64,000 nt of DNA. Source: an uncultured Poribacteria bacterium. GTDB taxonomy: Bacteria > Poribacteria > WGA-4E > WGA-3G. Within the stretch, counting starts at the first letter, position 1. Each line of letters begins with the position of its first letter. Below the pieces are notes generated by a model, which did no database searches, had not been told where the DNA came from, and saw nothing but the letters and a program-made list of their open reading frames with translations. Shown here one piece after another: positions 9,298 to 20,471 of the stretch. The DNA lies in NCBI GenBank assembly GCA_951813565.1, contig OX638351.1:4896001-4960000 (forward strand), read 5' to 3'. The position numbers were made by a program, and so were the translations under genes.

Positions 9298-10638
9298 TTA
9301 TGCAAAACCGATATAGCGAGCAATAAAGAACACAGCAAAATAGTGGACAAGTGGGTTTAATTCTTTATGACGTCCAGTGACTATCTTTAGAAACGAAATA
9401 GAAATAAATCCGAATGCGATTCCTTCGGTAATACTAAAACTTAGCGGCATCATTACAACAGTCAGCGCAGCGGGGATCGCTTCGGTAAAATCGTCCCAAT
9501 TAATGTTCACCAGGTCTTTGAGCAACAAGCCACCAACTACTATTAATGCAGGACCGATAATGGGATAAAGGTCGGGTTTACTGGGATCAATTGGATCAAT
9601 GTAGCCACTTCCAACGATTTCAATGAGTGGTCTAAAAAACAGTGCCAGCAGCATGAGAAGACCGGTGACAATTGATGTAAGTCCGGTGCGTCCTCCCTCA
9701 GCGATCCCAGAGGCACTTTCAATATAACATGTTACTGTAGAAGTTCCAAGACAAGCACCGCCTACTGAACCGATAGCATCTGTCAAGAGTGCCTGTCTAC
9801 CTTTAGTAAGTTTTCCATCCTCAAGTAGGTCTGCTTCATGTCCAGTAGCCGTGAGTGTGCCGATACTATCAAACATGTCAACAGAAAAGAAAACAAATAT
9901 AATTGGAATTATCTCAACTTTAGTAAAAATATCTGGAAAACTGAGTTTAAAAAACGTTGGTGCAATGGATGGTGGTGCTGAGACTACACCATTGAATTTA
10001 ACAATTCCTAAGAGTAAAGCAAGGACGGTTGTAGCCAAGATCCCCATAAGAATGGCACCCTTTACTCGATGTGACATAAGTGTGAGAATAATTAAAATGC
10101 CAAAGATAGCGATCAGAACAGGTTTTGAATGGATATTACCGAGTGTTACAAACGTTTCGGAGTGCGGAGCAATAATACCACTCATCTGCAAGCCAATGAA
10201 GGCAATGAACACTCCTATTCCGACAGCAATAGCATTGTGCAACGAAGAAGGGAGCGCATTCATTACGGCTGCACGCAAACCGACAAATGATAGTATAACG
10301 AACAACATTCCCGATATAAATACGATGCCTAACGCTTCTTGCCATGGCAGCTGCAATTGATCACCCATGCAGACCTCAAAAACAAAATAGGCGTTAATTC
10401 CCATACCTGGTGCAAGTGCAACTGGGTAATTAGTCATGAATGCCATTAGGAAGGTTGCGCCTGCACTCGAAATACAAGTAGCAACCATGACCGCGCCGGG
10501 ATCCATACCTGCAATTGTAAGAAGCGTGGGTTGGACAAAAATTATATACGAGAGTGTCGTAAAGGTTGTGCTTCCTGCGACAATCTCTCGCCTAATACTC
10601 GTGCCGTTTTCTTTTAACCGAAATAATTTCTCTAACAT
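9298..10638 (-). CDS. NCS2/AzgA-type purine (guanine/hypoxanthine/adenine) permease
   Basis: Polytopic membrane protein; LAPGMGINAYF, DMFDSIGT and YIESASGIAEGGRTGLT; lies downstream of apt. Confidence 0.93.
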   Translation of the reverse strand: MLEKLFRLKENGTSIRREIVAGSTTFTTLSYIIFVQPTLLTIAGMDPGAVMVATCISSAGATFLMAFMTNYPVALAPGMGINAYFVFEVCMGDQLQLPWQEALGIVFISGMLFVILSFVGLRAAVMNALPSSLHNAIAVGIGVFIAFIGLQMSGIIAPHSETFVTLGNIHSKPVLIAIFGILIILTLMSHRVKGAILMGILATTVLALLLGIVKFNGVVSAPPSIAPTFFKLSFPDIFTKVEIIPIIFVFFSVDMFDSIGTLTATGHEADLLEDGKLTKGRQALLTDAIGSVGGACLGTSTVTCYIESASGIAEGGRTGLTSIVTGLLMLLALFFRPLIEIVGSGYIDPIDPSKPDLYPIIGPALIVVGGLLLKDLVNINWDDFTEAIPAALTVVMMPLSFSITEGIAFGFISISFLKIVTGRHKELNPLVHYFAVFFIARYIGFA

Positions 10639-10720
10639 ATCCTCTCCCTAATAGTCTCCCTCGAATTGACAATTGCTGTGTCCGCTGTTTTACCTATTCA
10701 AAAGTATAGTCCGAGACTTG

Positions 10721-11236
10721 TTAATATTTTATGAGAGAAAAAATATCCAAGTCTTCAAATTTTTCTCGTCCGTTGAGTTCAGTGAGTTCGATCAAGAGGG
10801 CAATGCCAACTATGTCTCCACCCAGTTTTTCAACAAGTTCAACCGTTGCAGCAAGGGTTCCACCGGTAGCTAAGAGATCATCACATATAAGCACGCGAGT
10901 TCCCTTTGGAAAAGCATCTTGATGAATAGCTAGTGTATCATTACCGTATTCAAGTTCGTAGGTCACTTCATACGTATCATACGGCAGTTTTCCCTTTTTT
11001 CGAACAGGCACAAAACCGACACCTAACCGATGCGCGACTGCAGAGGCAAAGATGAAACCTCGTGATTCAATTCCCACAATTACGTCAACGACCTTATATT
11101 TATAACAGTTTGCGAAAACCTCAACTGCAGCGTGGAAAACAGCACCATTCCCTAAAAGTGGTGTAATGTCTTTAAATGCAATACCCGGCTCTGGAAAATC
11201 TGGTATATTTCGAATAAACTTGGTAAAATCGCTCAT
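10721..11236 (-). CDS. apt: Adenine phosphoribosyltransferase
   Basis: IPDFPEPGIAFKDITPLL, GIESRGF, VRKKGKLP and the PRPP motif VLICDDLLATGGT. Confidence 0.97.
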   Translation of the reverse strand: MSDFTKFIRNIPDFPEPGIAFKDITPLLGNGAVFHAAVEVFANCYKYKVVDVIVGIESRGFIFASAVAHRLGVGFVPVRKKGKLPYDTYEVTYELEYGNDTLAIHQDAFPKGTRVLICDDLLATGGTLAATVELVEKLGGDIVGIALLIELTELNGREKFEDLDIFSLIKY

Positions 11237-11534
11237 ACCTTTCCTTTAAATTAAGTTTGGACATTTTAGAATATCTAAGTTGTCATTAAAAGAAAACATG
11301 GAGTTTTCAGAATTATTCCAATTAAGTCATGCCATTCCTAAAAGGCAGCTTATATGAATTTAGTCCCAATATGGCGATTATATAATGGTTGGAATAAAAA
11401 GTCAAATAAAATCAAGAGTGTTCATAAATCAAAGGGTATCTTATAAAATACTTGAGGTTTGTAGAATAGTTGTGAATTGAACACAGACGATCATAGAATT
11501 GAAATTCAAAGGGTTTAGATTAATTTTTATATTG

Positions 11535-11690
11535 TAACCCAAGTTGCTACCGATTTCGTAAATTCTCTTGTAGGAGGGGTTTCTAACCCCGATTTATAAC
11601 AAAAGACATCCAGAATCAACGAAAAACCCTTGTTTTTTAGGAAAAACATCGTCTTTTTGTTCAAAACTTTGTAAGTAGCAACTTGCGTTA
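11535..11690. mobile_element. MITE, TAACCYAAGTTGCTAC family (156 bp), TTG target duplication
   Basis: TTG|TAACCCAAGTTGCTAC...GTAGCAACTTGCGTTA|TTG; a partial copy also starts at 13632. Confidence 0.8.
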
Positions 11691-11743
11691 TTGTAGGGCA
11701 AGCGCATGAAGTTACTTACCCTACAACACGAATCGTCTGAGTA

Positions 11744-13537
11744 TTATTGATTTTGACGCAGGCGGGTTTCTAATGCTTCTAATTCTTCTGACAGAGCATT
11801 GGGAAGTGTGTCCTCAAACCGTTCGTAATGTTCACGAATAGACTGAATTTCGTTAAGCCATTCGTCAATATCAACGTTCAGGAGTTCATCCATTTGCTCC
11901 TCAGACACATCAAGCCCGGAGGTATCAATTGCGTCCTTGTCTGGCAAATACCCGATAGGTGTTTCAACTGCTTCACCCTTTTCGCTAATGCGTTCAACAA
12001 TCCACTTTAGAACACGACTGTTTTCACCGAAACCTGGCCAGAGCCATCCGCCATCCGCATCTTTACGGAACCAGTTGACATAAAATATTCGGGGGAGTTT
12101 ATCAGCATCAGTTTTTTCTCCCATTTCAAGCCAGTGTGCGAAATAATCGCCCATGTTGTAACCACAGAATGGGAGCATAGCCATCGGATCACGTCTGAGT
12201 TCACCGACAGTACCAGCCGCGGCTGCAGTACGCTCAGAGGAAGCAATAGAACCGATAAAGGTACCGTGTTGCCAATTAAATGCTTCAAATACAAGTGGAA
12301 CCGTAGTGGCCCGTCGTCCACCGAAAAGAATTGCAGAAATCGGAACACCTTTCGGATTTTCCCAATTCGGATCAATGATCGGACATTGCGATGCGGGTGT
12401 TGTATAGCGGGAATTGGGATGTGCCGCTGTCTTTTCATCGCCGGGATGCCACTCTTCACCGAGCCAACTTGTAACGGTTTCAGGTTCATCTTCGCTCATC
12501 TCTTCCCACCAGACATCCTTTTCAGGAGTGAGCGCAGCATTTGTAAAGATAGAGTTTGATGCAAGCGTATGCATCGCATTCGGGTTGGTATCCATAGACG
12601 TTCCTGGCGCCACACCGAAAAAGCCTGCTTCAGGATTGATTGCATAGAGTCGTCCGTCTTCACCGAACTTCATCCAAGCGATGTCGTCACCGATAGTTTC
12701 TGCTTTCCATCCTGGGATTGTCGGCGTGAGCATGGCAAGGTTAGTTTTACCACAAGCACTGGGAAATGCTGCTGCGATATAAGTTTTTTTGCCTTCAGGA
12801 CTTGTTAAGCCCAAAATAAGCATGTGTTCTGCCATCCATCCATCGTTTTTTGCCATAATAGAGGCGATGCGGAGGGCATAGCACTTTTTACCGAGCAAAG
12901 CGTTACCACCGTAGCCGCTACCATACGACCAGATAGAACGTTCTTCTGGAAAATGTACAATATATTTATTATCAGGATTACAAGGCCAGGAGACATCTTC
13001 TTGTCCCGGTTCAAGCGGCATTCCGACAGAGTGTAAACATGGGACAAAATCACCATCTTCCCCTAAAATCTCCAATACATCTTTGCCCATGCGCGTCATA
13101 ATACGCATATTGACAACGACATAAGGCGAATCACTTATTTCCACACCGATATGTGAAATTGGTGACCCAAGTGGACCCATACTAAAGGGAACGACGTACA
13201 TTGTTCGTCCTTTCATACATCCTTTAAAAAGCCCTTTTAGGGTGGTTTTCATCTCATCGGGGTCATGCCAATTGTTTGTAGGTCCTGCCTCAGCTGGGGT
13301 TTTGGCGCAAATGTATGTTCTTCCTTCAACGCGAGCCACGTCTGCTGGATTAGAACGAGCAAGGTAACTGCCGGGTCGTTTATCCGGATTCAATCGAACA
13401 AATGTCCCCTTTTGTACTAATGCTTCACACAATCTGTCGTTCTCTTCCTGAGAACCATCGCACCAATAAATATCATCAGGTTGGCACAGTTCTGCTGCTT
13501 CCTGCACCCAACTGAGCAATTTATTATTGTTTGTCAT
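11744..13537 (-). CDS. pckG: Phosphoenolpyruvate carboxykinase (GTP)
   Basis: [54 protein letters not shown] and [12 protein letters not shown]. Confidence 0.97.
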   Translation of the reverse strand: MTNNNKLLSWVQEAAELCQPDDIYWCDGSQEENDRLCEALVQKGTFVRLNPDKRPGSYLARSNPADVARVEGRTYICAKTPAEAGPTNNWHDPDEMKTTLKGLFKGCMKGRTMYVVPFSMGPLGSPISHIGVEISDSPYVVVNMRIMTRMGKDVLEILGEDGDFVPCLHSVGMPLEPGQEDVSWPCNPDNKYIVHFPEERSIWSYGSGYGGNALLGKKCYALRIASIMAKNDGWMAEHMLILGLTSPEGKKTYIAAAFPSACGKTNLAMLTPTIPGWKAETIGDDIAWMKFGEDGRLYAINPEAGFFGVAPGTSMDTNPNAMHTLASNSIFTNAALTPEKDVWWEEMSEDEPETVTSWLGEEWHPGDEKTAAHPNSRYTTPASQCPIIDPNWENPKGVPISAILFGGRRATTVPLVFEAFNWQHGTFIGSIASSERTAAAAGTVGELRRDPMAMLPFCGYNMGDYFAHWLEMGEKTDADKLPRIFYVNWFRKDADGGWLWPGFGENSRVLKWIVERISEKGEAVETPIGYLPDKDAIDTSGLDVSEEQMDELLNVDIDEWLNEIQSIREHYERFEDTLPNALSEELEALETRLRQNQ

Positions 13538-13856
13538 CCAAATCCTCCATTTTTATTTTTTAAACTATATTATCACAGATATTAGGGATGTCGCAATCAA
13601 TTTGAGATAAAGGCACGGAATTTCGCTACTATAACCCAAGTTGCCACCTATTTCGCAAATGCTCTTGTAGGAGGGGTTTCTAACCCGATATAAAAAAGCA
13701 CCGTTTGTAGTCGCGCAATTCATTGCGCCTCTTACATTAACAGTATAGTGTTTGAAATTACAACGGAACCAAAATGTATCAATAATTACAAACTTTTCTA
13801 TAAATCAAGACGTTTGGATACCAATAAAGTTGAAATCCATTTCAAGCGAAAGTGCC

Positions 13857-15731
13857 TCAAAATGACGCTCCCAATTTCACATGTATTTTACCGCGTAGTG
13901 CTGAATCTCCAGCTGCGAGTCCATAATCTAATTGTATAATTCCGCCTTTTGATTCAAGCCTTGTGCCGAATCCATACCCTATTCGTAATTTATCAAAAAC
14001 AGAGGGTCGGTCAATGAAAGTAACCGACCCTAAATCAACGAAGGTAAAAATTTGGGAATTTCGCCCCATAAGGAATCTATATTCGAGATTAGCATGCGCG
14101 CGCCGAGGGCCCGAGAACCAATCTTCATCATATCCGCGCAGCGTAGTTGCACCTCCCAAATAAAACAGTTCCGTTGGTGGAATGTTGATGCCCCACGCAG
14201 CTGCGCCGTGCAATTCAATCGCTATTATTTGGTTTTCCCACGTTTGAAAGTACTGTTGAAGGTCAAGCCAAACTTTACGTAGTTTAAAATCGCTTCGGGA
14301 GAGTTCTACTGCAACACTATCGCGTCTGCCGTGTGTAGGACTAAGAAAATAATCTCGCGAATCCCGTGTTAACCGAAGGGTCACACTATACTTCGTACCA
14401 CGTTCTATCGGAGCAGGCATATTGTCTTGAGAAGTATTTATAGTCGGAGATAGTGTATCTGGTAAGGTAGTGCCTGACAAAGGAGATGTTATGCCGCCAA
14501 AGCGAATCCGCTTATAGCCGAGCGTCACCTCACTCTCATAAAATCCACCAAATTTTGTATTTCCGCTGATATTTGCTGCCCGTTCTTCAGATTCGGATTC
14601 ATTGATCGGACTGCGTTGTTTGAGTTGACTATACATGACTCCAAGCGTAATTGGCTTACCTAAAATCCACGGTTCTTTATAGCCGACTCGTAATGCCTTC
14701 AACAAACCTGATTTCCAATAGAAGTTGACATCACGTCCCGTTCCTAAGAGATTTGTCTCACGCACTTCCACGACGCCTGTGAGTTGCGGCACAGAATCTA
14801 AACCTTCGACAGGTGGCGCGTAACCGAGAACCCCGATCAATCGCCCTGTTCGTGCCTCAGCGACTTTCGCGTGCAAGTTGATTGTCCCCTCAGTTGTGCC
14901 TGCCTCAAGTAAATTTGGCTGGATGTGGTGAAAATACCCTAAATTTCGTAAGCGATGGTAACTCTGATCAATTTTTCGCTGGTCAAAATAGTCGTTTGCC
15001 TTAACTGGAATTTCTCTAAGGACTACATCGGTTTTTGTTTTCTGAAGTCCACTTACCTTTATCTTATTTATCTTAACTTTCTCGCCTTCTCGGATCTGCA
15101 AGCCAAAATTGATACTGCCAGTCGAAGGTAAAAGATTGGTGATAGTTGGTTCAATTTCAACTTTTGGATATCCATGTTCACTATACAATAACTGAATGCG
15201 TTCAATTCCGTGTTCAAGCGCGGTTTGCGAAAAGAATTGTCCCTTTCGTAAACCGAGTTCACGCAGAATTTTGGATTGAGAAAACAACTTATTTCCTATA
15301 AGTGATAAATTCCCTATGCGGAGTCGTTTCCCTTCTCGGATTTTGGCATTGAGAGATATGTGTGTATTGCCTGTGGAAGCTGGCGAAACGACGGGTGGGG
15401 ATACCAGCGCAAACACGAATCCCTCATTTTGATATGCTGCGAGAATACGTTCAAAACCTTCTCTTATTTCATGCTGAGAGTATGCTCTTTTTACCTCCCA
15501 CCCGAATAGATCGCGCAACCTTTTCTGATTGAAATGTTTATTACCCTCAAAGTTGAGTTGAGTAATGTTGTAAAGGGGTATTGCGCTGATGTCCTTTGTT
15601 TCGTTGTCAGTAGGTGTCTTTTCTGAAGTGGCATCCTGCGCTGTACCGCTAAAAGCATGCACAGTTTCTGGCATAGATACTAAACTGAGAAGTAGGACGC
15701 TGATAAGTATGAGGAGGCGGTTTGAGTGCAT
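13857..15731 (-). CDS. Omp85 (BamA/TamA family) outer membrane protein with POTRA domains
   Basis: Signal peptide, POTRA-like repeats, ETNLLGTG, loop-6 motif LGGATTLRGY, C-terminal Phe. Confidence 0.9.
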   Translation of the reverse strand: MHSNRLLILISVLLLSLVSMPETVHAFSGTAQDATSEKTPTDNETKDISAIPLYNITQLNFEGNKHFNQKRLRDLFGWEVKRAYSQHEIREGFERILAAYQNEGFVFALVSPPVVSPASTGNTHISLNAKIREGKRLRIGNLSLIGNKLFSQSKILRELGLRKGQFFSQTALEHGIERIQLLYSEHGYPKVEIEPTITNLLPSTGSINFGLQIREGEKVKINKIKVSGLQKTKTDVVLREIPVKANDYFDQRKIDQSYHRLRNLGYFHHIQPNLLEAGTTEGTINLHAKVAEARTGRLIGVLGYAPPVEGLDSVPQLTGVVEVRETNLLGTGRDVNFYWKSGLLKALRVGYKEPWILGKPITLGVMYSQLKQRSPINESESEERAANISGNTKFGGFYESEVTLGYKRIRFGGITSPLSGTTLPDTLSPTINTSQDNMPAPIERGTKYSVTLRLTRDSRDYFLSPTHGRRDSVAVELSRSDFKLRKVWLDLQQYFQTWENQIIAIELHGAAAWGINIPPTELFYLGGATTLRGYDEDWFSGPRRAHANLEYRFLMGRNSQIFTFVDLGSVTFIDRPSVFDKLRIGYGFGTRLESKGGIIQLDYGLAAGDSALRGKIHVKLGASF

Positions 15732-15842
15732 GCGATGGAAACCTGTGGGTTAAGTGGTAGGAATATTTTACCATGCACGGCACGGTAAATGCAAATGCCT
15801 GTTAGGTTTCCAGTAGCGTTTGTAGTTTTCCTGGTATACTAA

Positions 15843-15931
15843 TACCAAATTACCCTAAATCGTAGGGGCGGGTCTCTGTGCCCGCCCTTACCATCGGCAA
15901 TGAAAACAATGCAATTCTCGTTAATTTGGTA
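15843..15931. mobile_element. Short MITE, TACCA-end family, TAA target duplication
   Basis: TAA|TACCAAATTACC...GTTAATTTGGTA|TAA enclosing a GTAGGGGCGGGTCTCTGTGCCCGCCC hairpin. Confidence 0.7.
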
Positions 15932-15940
15932 TAAGGAGGG

Positions 15941-16180
15941 TTATGAAGTTCTTCTGTCTTTTATGAGTTGACGCAGTCGAAGGACAACGGGTGGAGGATT
16001 TTTCTCGTATTCCTCTCGTGCCTTTCGGCAGTATTCCAGATAAGCTGCAAAATAAGCACTTACTTTTTGCTGATTTTGAAGGAAATATAGAATTGTAGCG
16101 TAGACTTGTTCTAATGTCACCGTGTGAAAACGTTGATCAATCTCCTCTGGTGTTTTGCCGTTGTGAATATATTCATATAA
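15941..16180 (-). pseudogene. 5'-truncated DUF433-like (putative antitoxin) gene
   Basis: Translates LYEYIHNGKTPEEIDQRFHTVTLEQVYATILYFLQNQQKVSAY...; no start codon; abuts a repeat cluster. Confidence 0.7.
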
Positions 16181-16185
16181 CGACC

Positions 16186-16470
16186 TGTGCCAGTTAAGTG
16201 AAAGTTTTGCTGTATTTCACAATTGTTCATGTTTTGGAATCAACGCCAAATACGCTTTTGGCATTTGGCGGGTTTGTAACCCCGATATTGTGAACCTAAA
16301 CTAATTAAATCGGAGTTACAAACCCGCAGCATGTCACACGCGCATGCTGCGTTGATTCACTCCTACAAGAAAATCTATCCTTAAATTGACGCCTATAGGT
16401 AGAGCTTGCGAAACCCAACATACAAGATAACTACAAGAGTGCCTCGCGACAATTGAATAGTTCTGGCACA
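16186..16470. repeat. Cluster of REP-like hairpins, two 34-bp hairpin inserts and MITE ends
   Basis: Inserts at 16236-16269 and 16326-16359; a TTAAATTGACGCCTAT end near 16381 and an AATTGAATAGTTCTG end near 16451. Confidence 0.7.
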
Positions 16471-16561
16471 AAAGCGAAAACGGACACGAATATCCAAAAA
16501 TATGCTATACTGCAACAAACCGATGTCCAAACACTCAACGTCTATAGTGAGGTAATAGACT

Positions 16562-18454
16562 ATGTTTCCAACAATTGAGGCGCAAACACGAGTTCAAACA
16601 CCACCAACGTGGGCATTACTTGAACGTGAACTGATTGACAAAATCAATGATGCAGCGCCGCAGGTTTTGAAGAAATACACACGTCCAGATGGGACGTTGT
16701 ATTGGCCAACACATCCAGATTTTCAAAGCTTTGATGGATTAGACGATGCTTATGAGAGTTTCCATAACTGGCCGCTTTTCTACATGCTTGGTGGAGATGC
16801 ACAGTTTTTGGTAGATGCGCAAAACGAATTTGAGGTTATCACGAAAGACATGGCGCGCTACGGTTCAGGATACGACTATCCGATGGTCGTTAAGGAGTAT
16901 CAACCGGGGTATGACTGGTTTCACCAAAGCGAAGGGAACTATCTGTTTTACATGCTTTGCATGGCAGATCCATCACATACAAAGAATATTGAACGCGCCA
17001 AACGGTTCGCAGGATTCTTTATAAACGAAGACCCTGATGCACAGAATTACGACCCGGAACACAAAATCATCAAGTGTGTGATGAACGGCAGTAAAGGACC
17101 GGCATTTTGGACGTTTGAAGGGCAATCTTTTTGGCCATGGGACGGGTACAACATGCCGTTTTACGATGTTCCGGGATGCACAAGTCATGAAGTAGTCAAG
17201 GAAGACGAGGCATTGCGCGAACTTATGGGACGAACAATTAGGGAAAGACAAGGCAAAGGAGATGCAATCGGAAACCTTGCTGCAACGACACTTGCTACCA
17301 ATGCTTATATGTTGGCTGGCAACGACAAATATAAGGCGTGGGTTCAGGAATATGTTGATGCGTGGATAGCACGCACAAAGGAAAATGGTGGTATTGTGCC
17401 GGACAACGTTGGGTTATCGGGAATCATCGGAGAACACATGGAGGGTAAATGGTATGGTTCTCGTTATGGGTGGAGTTGGCCCCACGGGTGGCATAGCGTT
17501 GGTCAGGCGGTGAGTGTTGCTGCGCAGAATGCAGCACTCCTTCACAGAGATTTGACATATATGGACTTTCCACGCTCCCAAATTGATGTTCTCATACAGC
17601 AAGGTATAGAGCATAAAGATCAATTGTATGTGCCACAAAAGTATGGCGACCCTGATAAAGTGAACTATGTCCCCGGTCCATGGCTCCAGTATCCGATTAC
17701 AAATGAGGATGGAACTGCTTTACAGATAGACGGTTGGTTTGAATTCATGCCGATGCATCCGTCTGATGTGGCACATCTGTGGGCAATGTCAATGGATGAT
17801 GCTGACCAAGACCGTGCGAAACAGATTGCGAAAAAAACAGGGTCTAAATTTGACATCAACGCGTGGCATCATACGAAAGATAGTGGCGGTCGTGATGGCG
17901 GATGGTTAGCATATATGCGAGGCGATTTTCCTGAATACCCAGAATCAATCCTCAATCATAACATTTCGCAAGTTGAACAACGACTCAACTACATGGAAAA
18001 TGATGACGAAGACCCAGCAGGATACGGAGATGCTTATTTCCAGAGACGCAACCCCGTTACGTGTGAAGGATTAGTTGAGCTCACATGTGGCGGTCCCTTG
18101 CCGCATTACAATGGCGGTCTTTTTGTAACGCGGGTGCGGCACTTTGACCCACATAATAAACGTCCTGGACTTCCAGCAGATGTTGCTGCATTGGTTTCTA
18201 AACTGACTGACGATTCCACTGAATTGGAGTTGGTAAACCTAAACGCTAACGAAGCACGCTATGTAATTATCCAAGCGGGATCAATGGGTGAGCATAACTT
18301 CACAACTGCACGTGCCAAAGGTGGTAACGGTGAGAACACCCTCGTTGTCAACGGTACGTATCTTCAAGTACATCTGCCACCGAACACGCATATTGCGTTA
18401 GAGGTGAGAATAGAACGTTTTGTTAATTCCCCTTCATATCAACAGCCATGGTAA
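16562..18454 (+). CDS. Uncharacterised 630-aa protein, possibly an (alpha/alpha)-barrel hydrolase/lyase
   Basis: Long ORF rich in Trp/Tyr/Asp (DGLDDAYESFHNWP, YDWFHQSEG); the fold assignment is a guess. Confidence 0.75.
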   Translation: MFPTIEAQTRVQTPPTWALLERELIDKINDAAPQVLKKYTRPDGTLYWPTHPDFQSFDGLDDAYESFHNWPLFYMLGGDAQFLVDAQNEFEVITKDMARYGSGYDYPMVVKEYQPGYDWFHQSEGNYLFYMLCMADPSHTKNIERAKRFAGFFINEDPDAQNYDPEHKIIKCVMNGSKGPAFWTFEGQSFWPWDGYNMPFYDVPGCTSHEVVKEDEALRELMGRTIRERQGKGDAIGNLAATTLATNAYMLAGNDKYKAWVQEYVDAWIARTKENGGIVPDNVGLSGIIGEHMEGKWYGSRYGWSWPHGWHSVGQAVSVAAQNAALLHRDLTYMDFPRSQIDVLIQQGIEHKDQLYVPQKYGDPDKVNYVPGPWLQYPITNEDGTALQIDGWFEFMPMHPSDVAHLWAMSMDDADQDRAKQIAKKTGSKFDINAWHHTKDSGGRDGGWLAYMRGDFPEYPESILNHNISQVEQRLNYMENDDEDPAGYGDAYFQRRNPVTCEGLVELTCGGPLPHYNGGLFVTRVRHFDPHNKRPGLPADVAALVSKLTDDSTELELVNLNANEARYVIIQAGSMGEHNFTTARAKGGNGENTLVVNGTYLQVHLPPNTHIALEVRIERFVNSPSYQQPW

Positions 18455-18557
18455 TAGGCAAATCATCTTATATATCTGGTGGATGTGTAATGTGGGAAAG
18501 GCTTTCAACCTCGATTTTGCGCACACAGTAGCAAGTACAAATTAGGAGACACAGATT

Positions 18558-19577
18558 ATGGCAGTAGAGAGATTTTTAACAGCAGAACAGGGCGTTGAAC
18601 AGCTTCTGAAAACAACGCCACCACTTTACTTCAATGGAAACCCAACCAAAGCGGAGTGGCAAGCGTGGCGGAAGAAATTCAGACGCAACATCGCTCGGTC
18701 TTTAGGTCCAAAACCTGAACCGGTCCCGTTGGAAGTCCAAACCTTAGAACGGATACAACAAGATGGATACACAAGAGAAAAGATAATCTTCAATCCAGAT
18801 GCATTCTCATCAATTCCAGCATACATTTTAATCCCAGACAGCGCAAGCACGGACAACCCCACACCCGCAGTACTCTGTGCGCACGGACATGGCGTTGGTA
18901 AAGATGGGGCAGTTGGTATTGTGGAGGATTATCAGAAACAGTATGCCGTTGAATTGGCACAACGCGGGTTTGTTACACTTGCACCGGATTGGCGGTGTTT
19001 CGGTGAGCGGAAAGATAGGGATGAGTGGGTACGCCGTCCAGGCAGAGATGGGTGTAACGCAGCCTATTTTGCACTCGGTTATTTCGGTTATCAGCTCCTC
19101 CAACTCAACATTTCGGATGGGCAACGTTGCTTGGATTATCTGCAGTCCCGTCCTGAAGTGGATAGCAGGCGGTTAGGTTGTATGGGATGTTCCTTTGGTG
19201 GCACAATGACAACCTATATTTCTGCCTTTGATCGACGGATTAAGGCGGCTGTTATTGTCTGTTATCTCAGCACTTTAATAGATGCCCTTGGTGACCGTGG
19301 ACGTGGAAACACATGTGGGTCGCAATTCATGTTTGGACTACGCGCAGCGGGTGACATTGCCGATGTCGCAGGGCTTATCGCGCCGCGGGCGTGTATGGTG
19401 CAAATCGGTTCTGATGACCAATGTTTTATTGAGTCTGATGCTTTAGCGGCGTTTGAACATCTTAAAAAGATATATGATGCATGCGGGAAAAGCGAACGGT
19501 TAGTGCTGGACCATTTTCAAGGTGAGCATGAGATTGATTTGGAGACTGGAATTGCGTTTTTGGAACAGCGATTATAA
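18558..19577 (+). CDS. Alpha/beta hydrolase (dienelactone hydrolase / acetylxylan esterase-like)
   Basis: AVLCAHGHG, nucleophile motif GCSFGG, GLIAPR and C-terminal GEHE. Confidence 0.88.
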   Translation: MAVERFLTAEQGVEQLLKTTPPLYFNGNPTKAEWQAWRKKFRRNIARSLGPKPEPVPLEVQTLERIQQDGYTREKIIFNPDAFSSIPAYILIPDSASTDNPTPAVLCAHGHGVGKDGAVGIVEDYQKQYAVELAQRGFVTLAPDWRCFGERKDRDEWVRRPGRDGCNAAYFALGYFGYQLLQLNISDGQRCLDYLQSRPEVDSRRLGCMGCSFGGTMTTYISAFDRRIKAAVIVCYLSTLIDALGDRGRGNTCGSQFMFGLRAAGDIADVAGLIAPRACMVQIGSDDQCFIESDALAAFEHLKKIYDACGKSERLVLDHFQGEHEIDLETGIAFLEQRL

Positions 19578-19610
19578 GATGTCGGTGCCATGATTGAAGC
19601 ATACCTTGAA

Positions 19611-19940
19611 CTAAACAGCAACCACCCGCTGCTGTCCTTCTCTATCCTCTGAAGGAATAATCCGAATCTCAATATCACGATTCAACTGATTAAGAAACCT
19701 CATCAATCGCTCAACGCTGTAGTCAGAAAGTTTAGCGGCTTTAAGGCGGGAAACTTCAGTGTGTTTAATGCCAAGTAGTTTCGCCGCCTCAACATGAGTG
19801 AGTTTACGTTCTTTCAGAATGCGGAAAATCTCAGCTCCCAATTGCGCTTTTAGGAGTTCTTTCTCCGAAACCTCATCAGAAAAACCCAAATCCTTGAAGA
19901 TATTCCCGCTGCCTTCTTCAACTTTAATGTTACTGCTCAT
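19611..19940 (-). CDS. XRE-type HTH antitoxin
   Basis: GSGNIFKDLGF..K..L, HTH LTHVEAAKLLGIKHTEVSRL and YSVERLMRFL. Confidence 0.9.
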   Translation of the reverse strand: MSSNIKVEEGSGNIFKDLGFSDEVSEKELLKAQLGAEIFRILKERKLTHVEAAKLLGIKHTEVSRLKAAKLSDYSVERLMRFLNQLNRDIEIRIIPSEDREGQQRVVAV

Positions 19941-20299
19941 AATTCTTTCTCCATCTCCTTAGCTCGCCTTAATCTTCGTTTAATCAAGTCAATGTCCTTC
20001 TTTGGGGTCCTAATTCCACGTTTTGATTTCTTTTGAAAACAGTGCAGTACATACATGCTTCGACCAATCTTAACCGCATAAACAACTCGGTAAGTGTCCG
20101 TATTGTAGGTATCCACAAGTTCAAACACCCCAGATTCTATACCTTTCATCGGTTTTGCCGATGGCGGGGTCTCGCCAATCTGCACACGAAATAAGGCATG
20201 TCCAATATCCCTACGCACCGGCTCCGGAAAAGCCTGTAACCTTTCTTTTGAATCACCAACCCATTGAACGTTCCTAAGGGTTGTTATTTCTTGATCCAT
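19937..20299 (-). CDS. RelE/HigB-like (phage Gp49-like) toxin, toxin-first order
   Basis: AKPMKGIESGVFEL..TYRVVYAVK..YVLHCFQKKSKRGIRTPK; 4-bp overlap with the antitoxin. Confidence 0.9.
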   Translation of the reverse strand: MDQEITTLRNVQWVGDSKERLQAFPEPVRRDIGHALFRVQIGETPPSAKPMKGIESGVFELVDTYNTDTYRVVYAVKIGRSMYVLHCFQKKSKRGIRTPKKDIDLIKRRLRRAKEMEKEL

Positions 20300-20471
20300 A
20301 TCCTATTGTAACGCATTAACTTATATTTTTGCAAGTCCAAGTTATCAATGTTAAGGGGTGTGTAAAATTTTTGCCACTTGTCTGTCTGAATCTCAGATTT
20401 TCGCAGAGGACATCAAATCAACGGGACGCATAGTGATAAAGCTACTTGAATCTAATAATATTGTCCAAACT

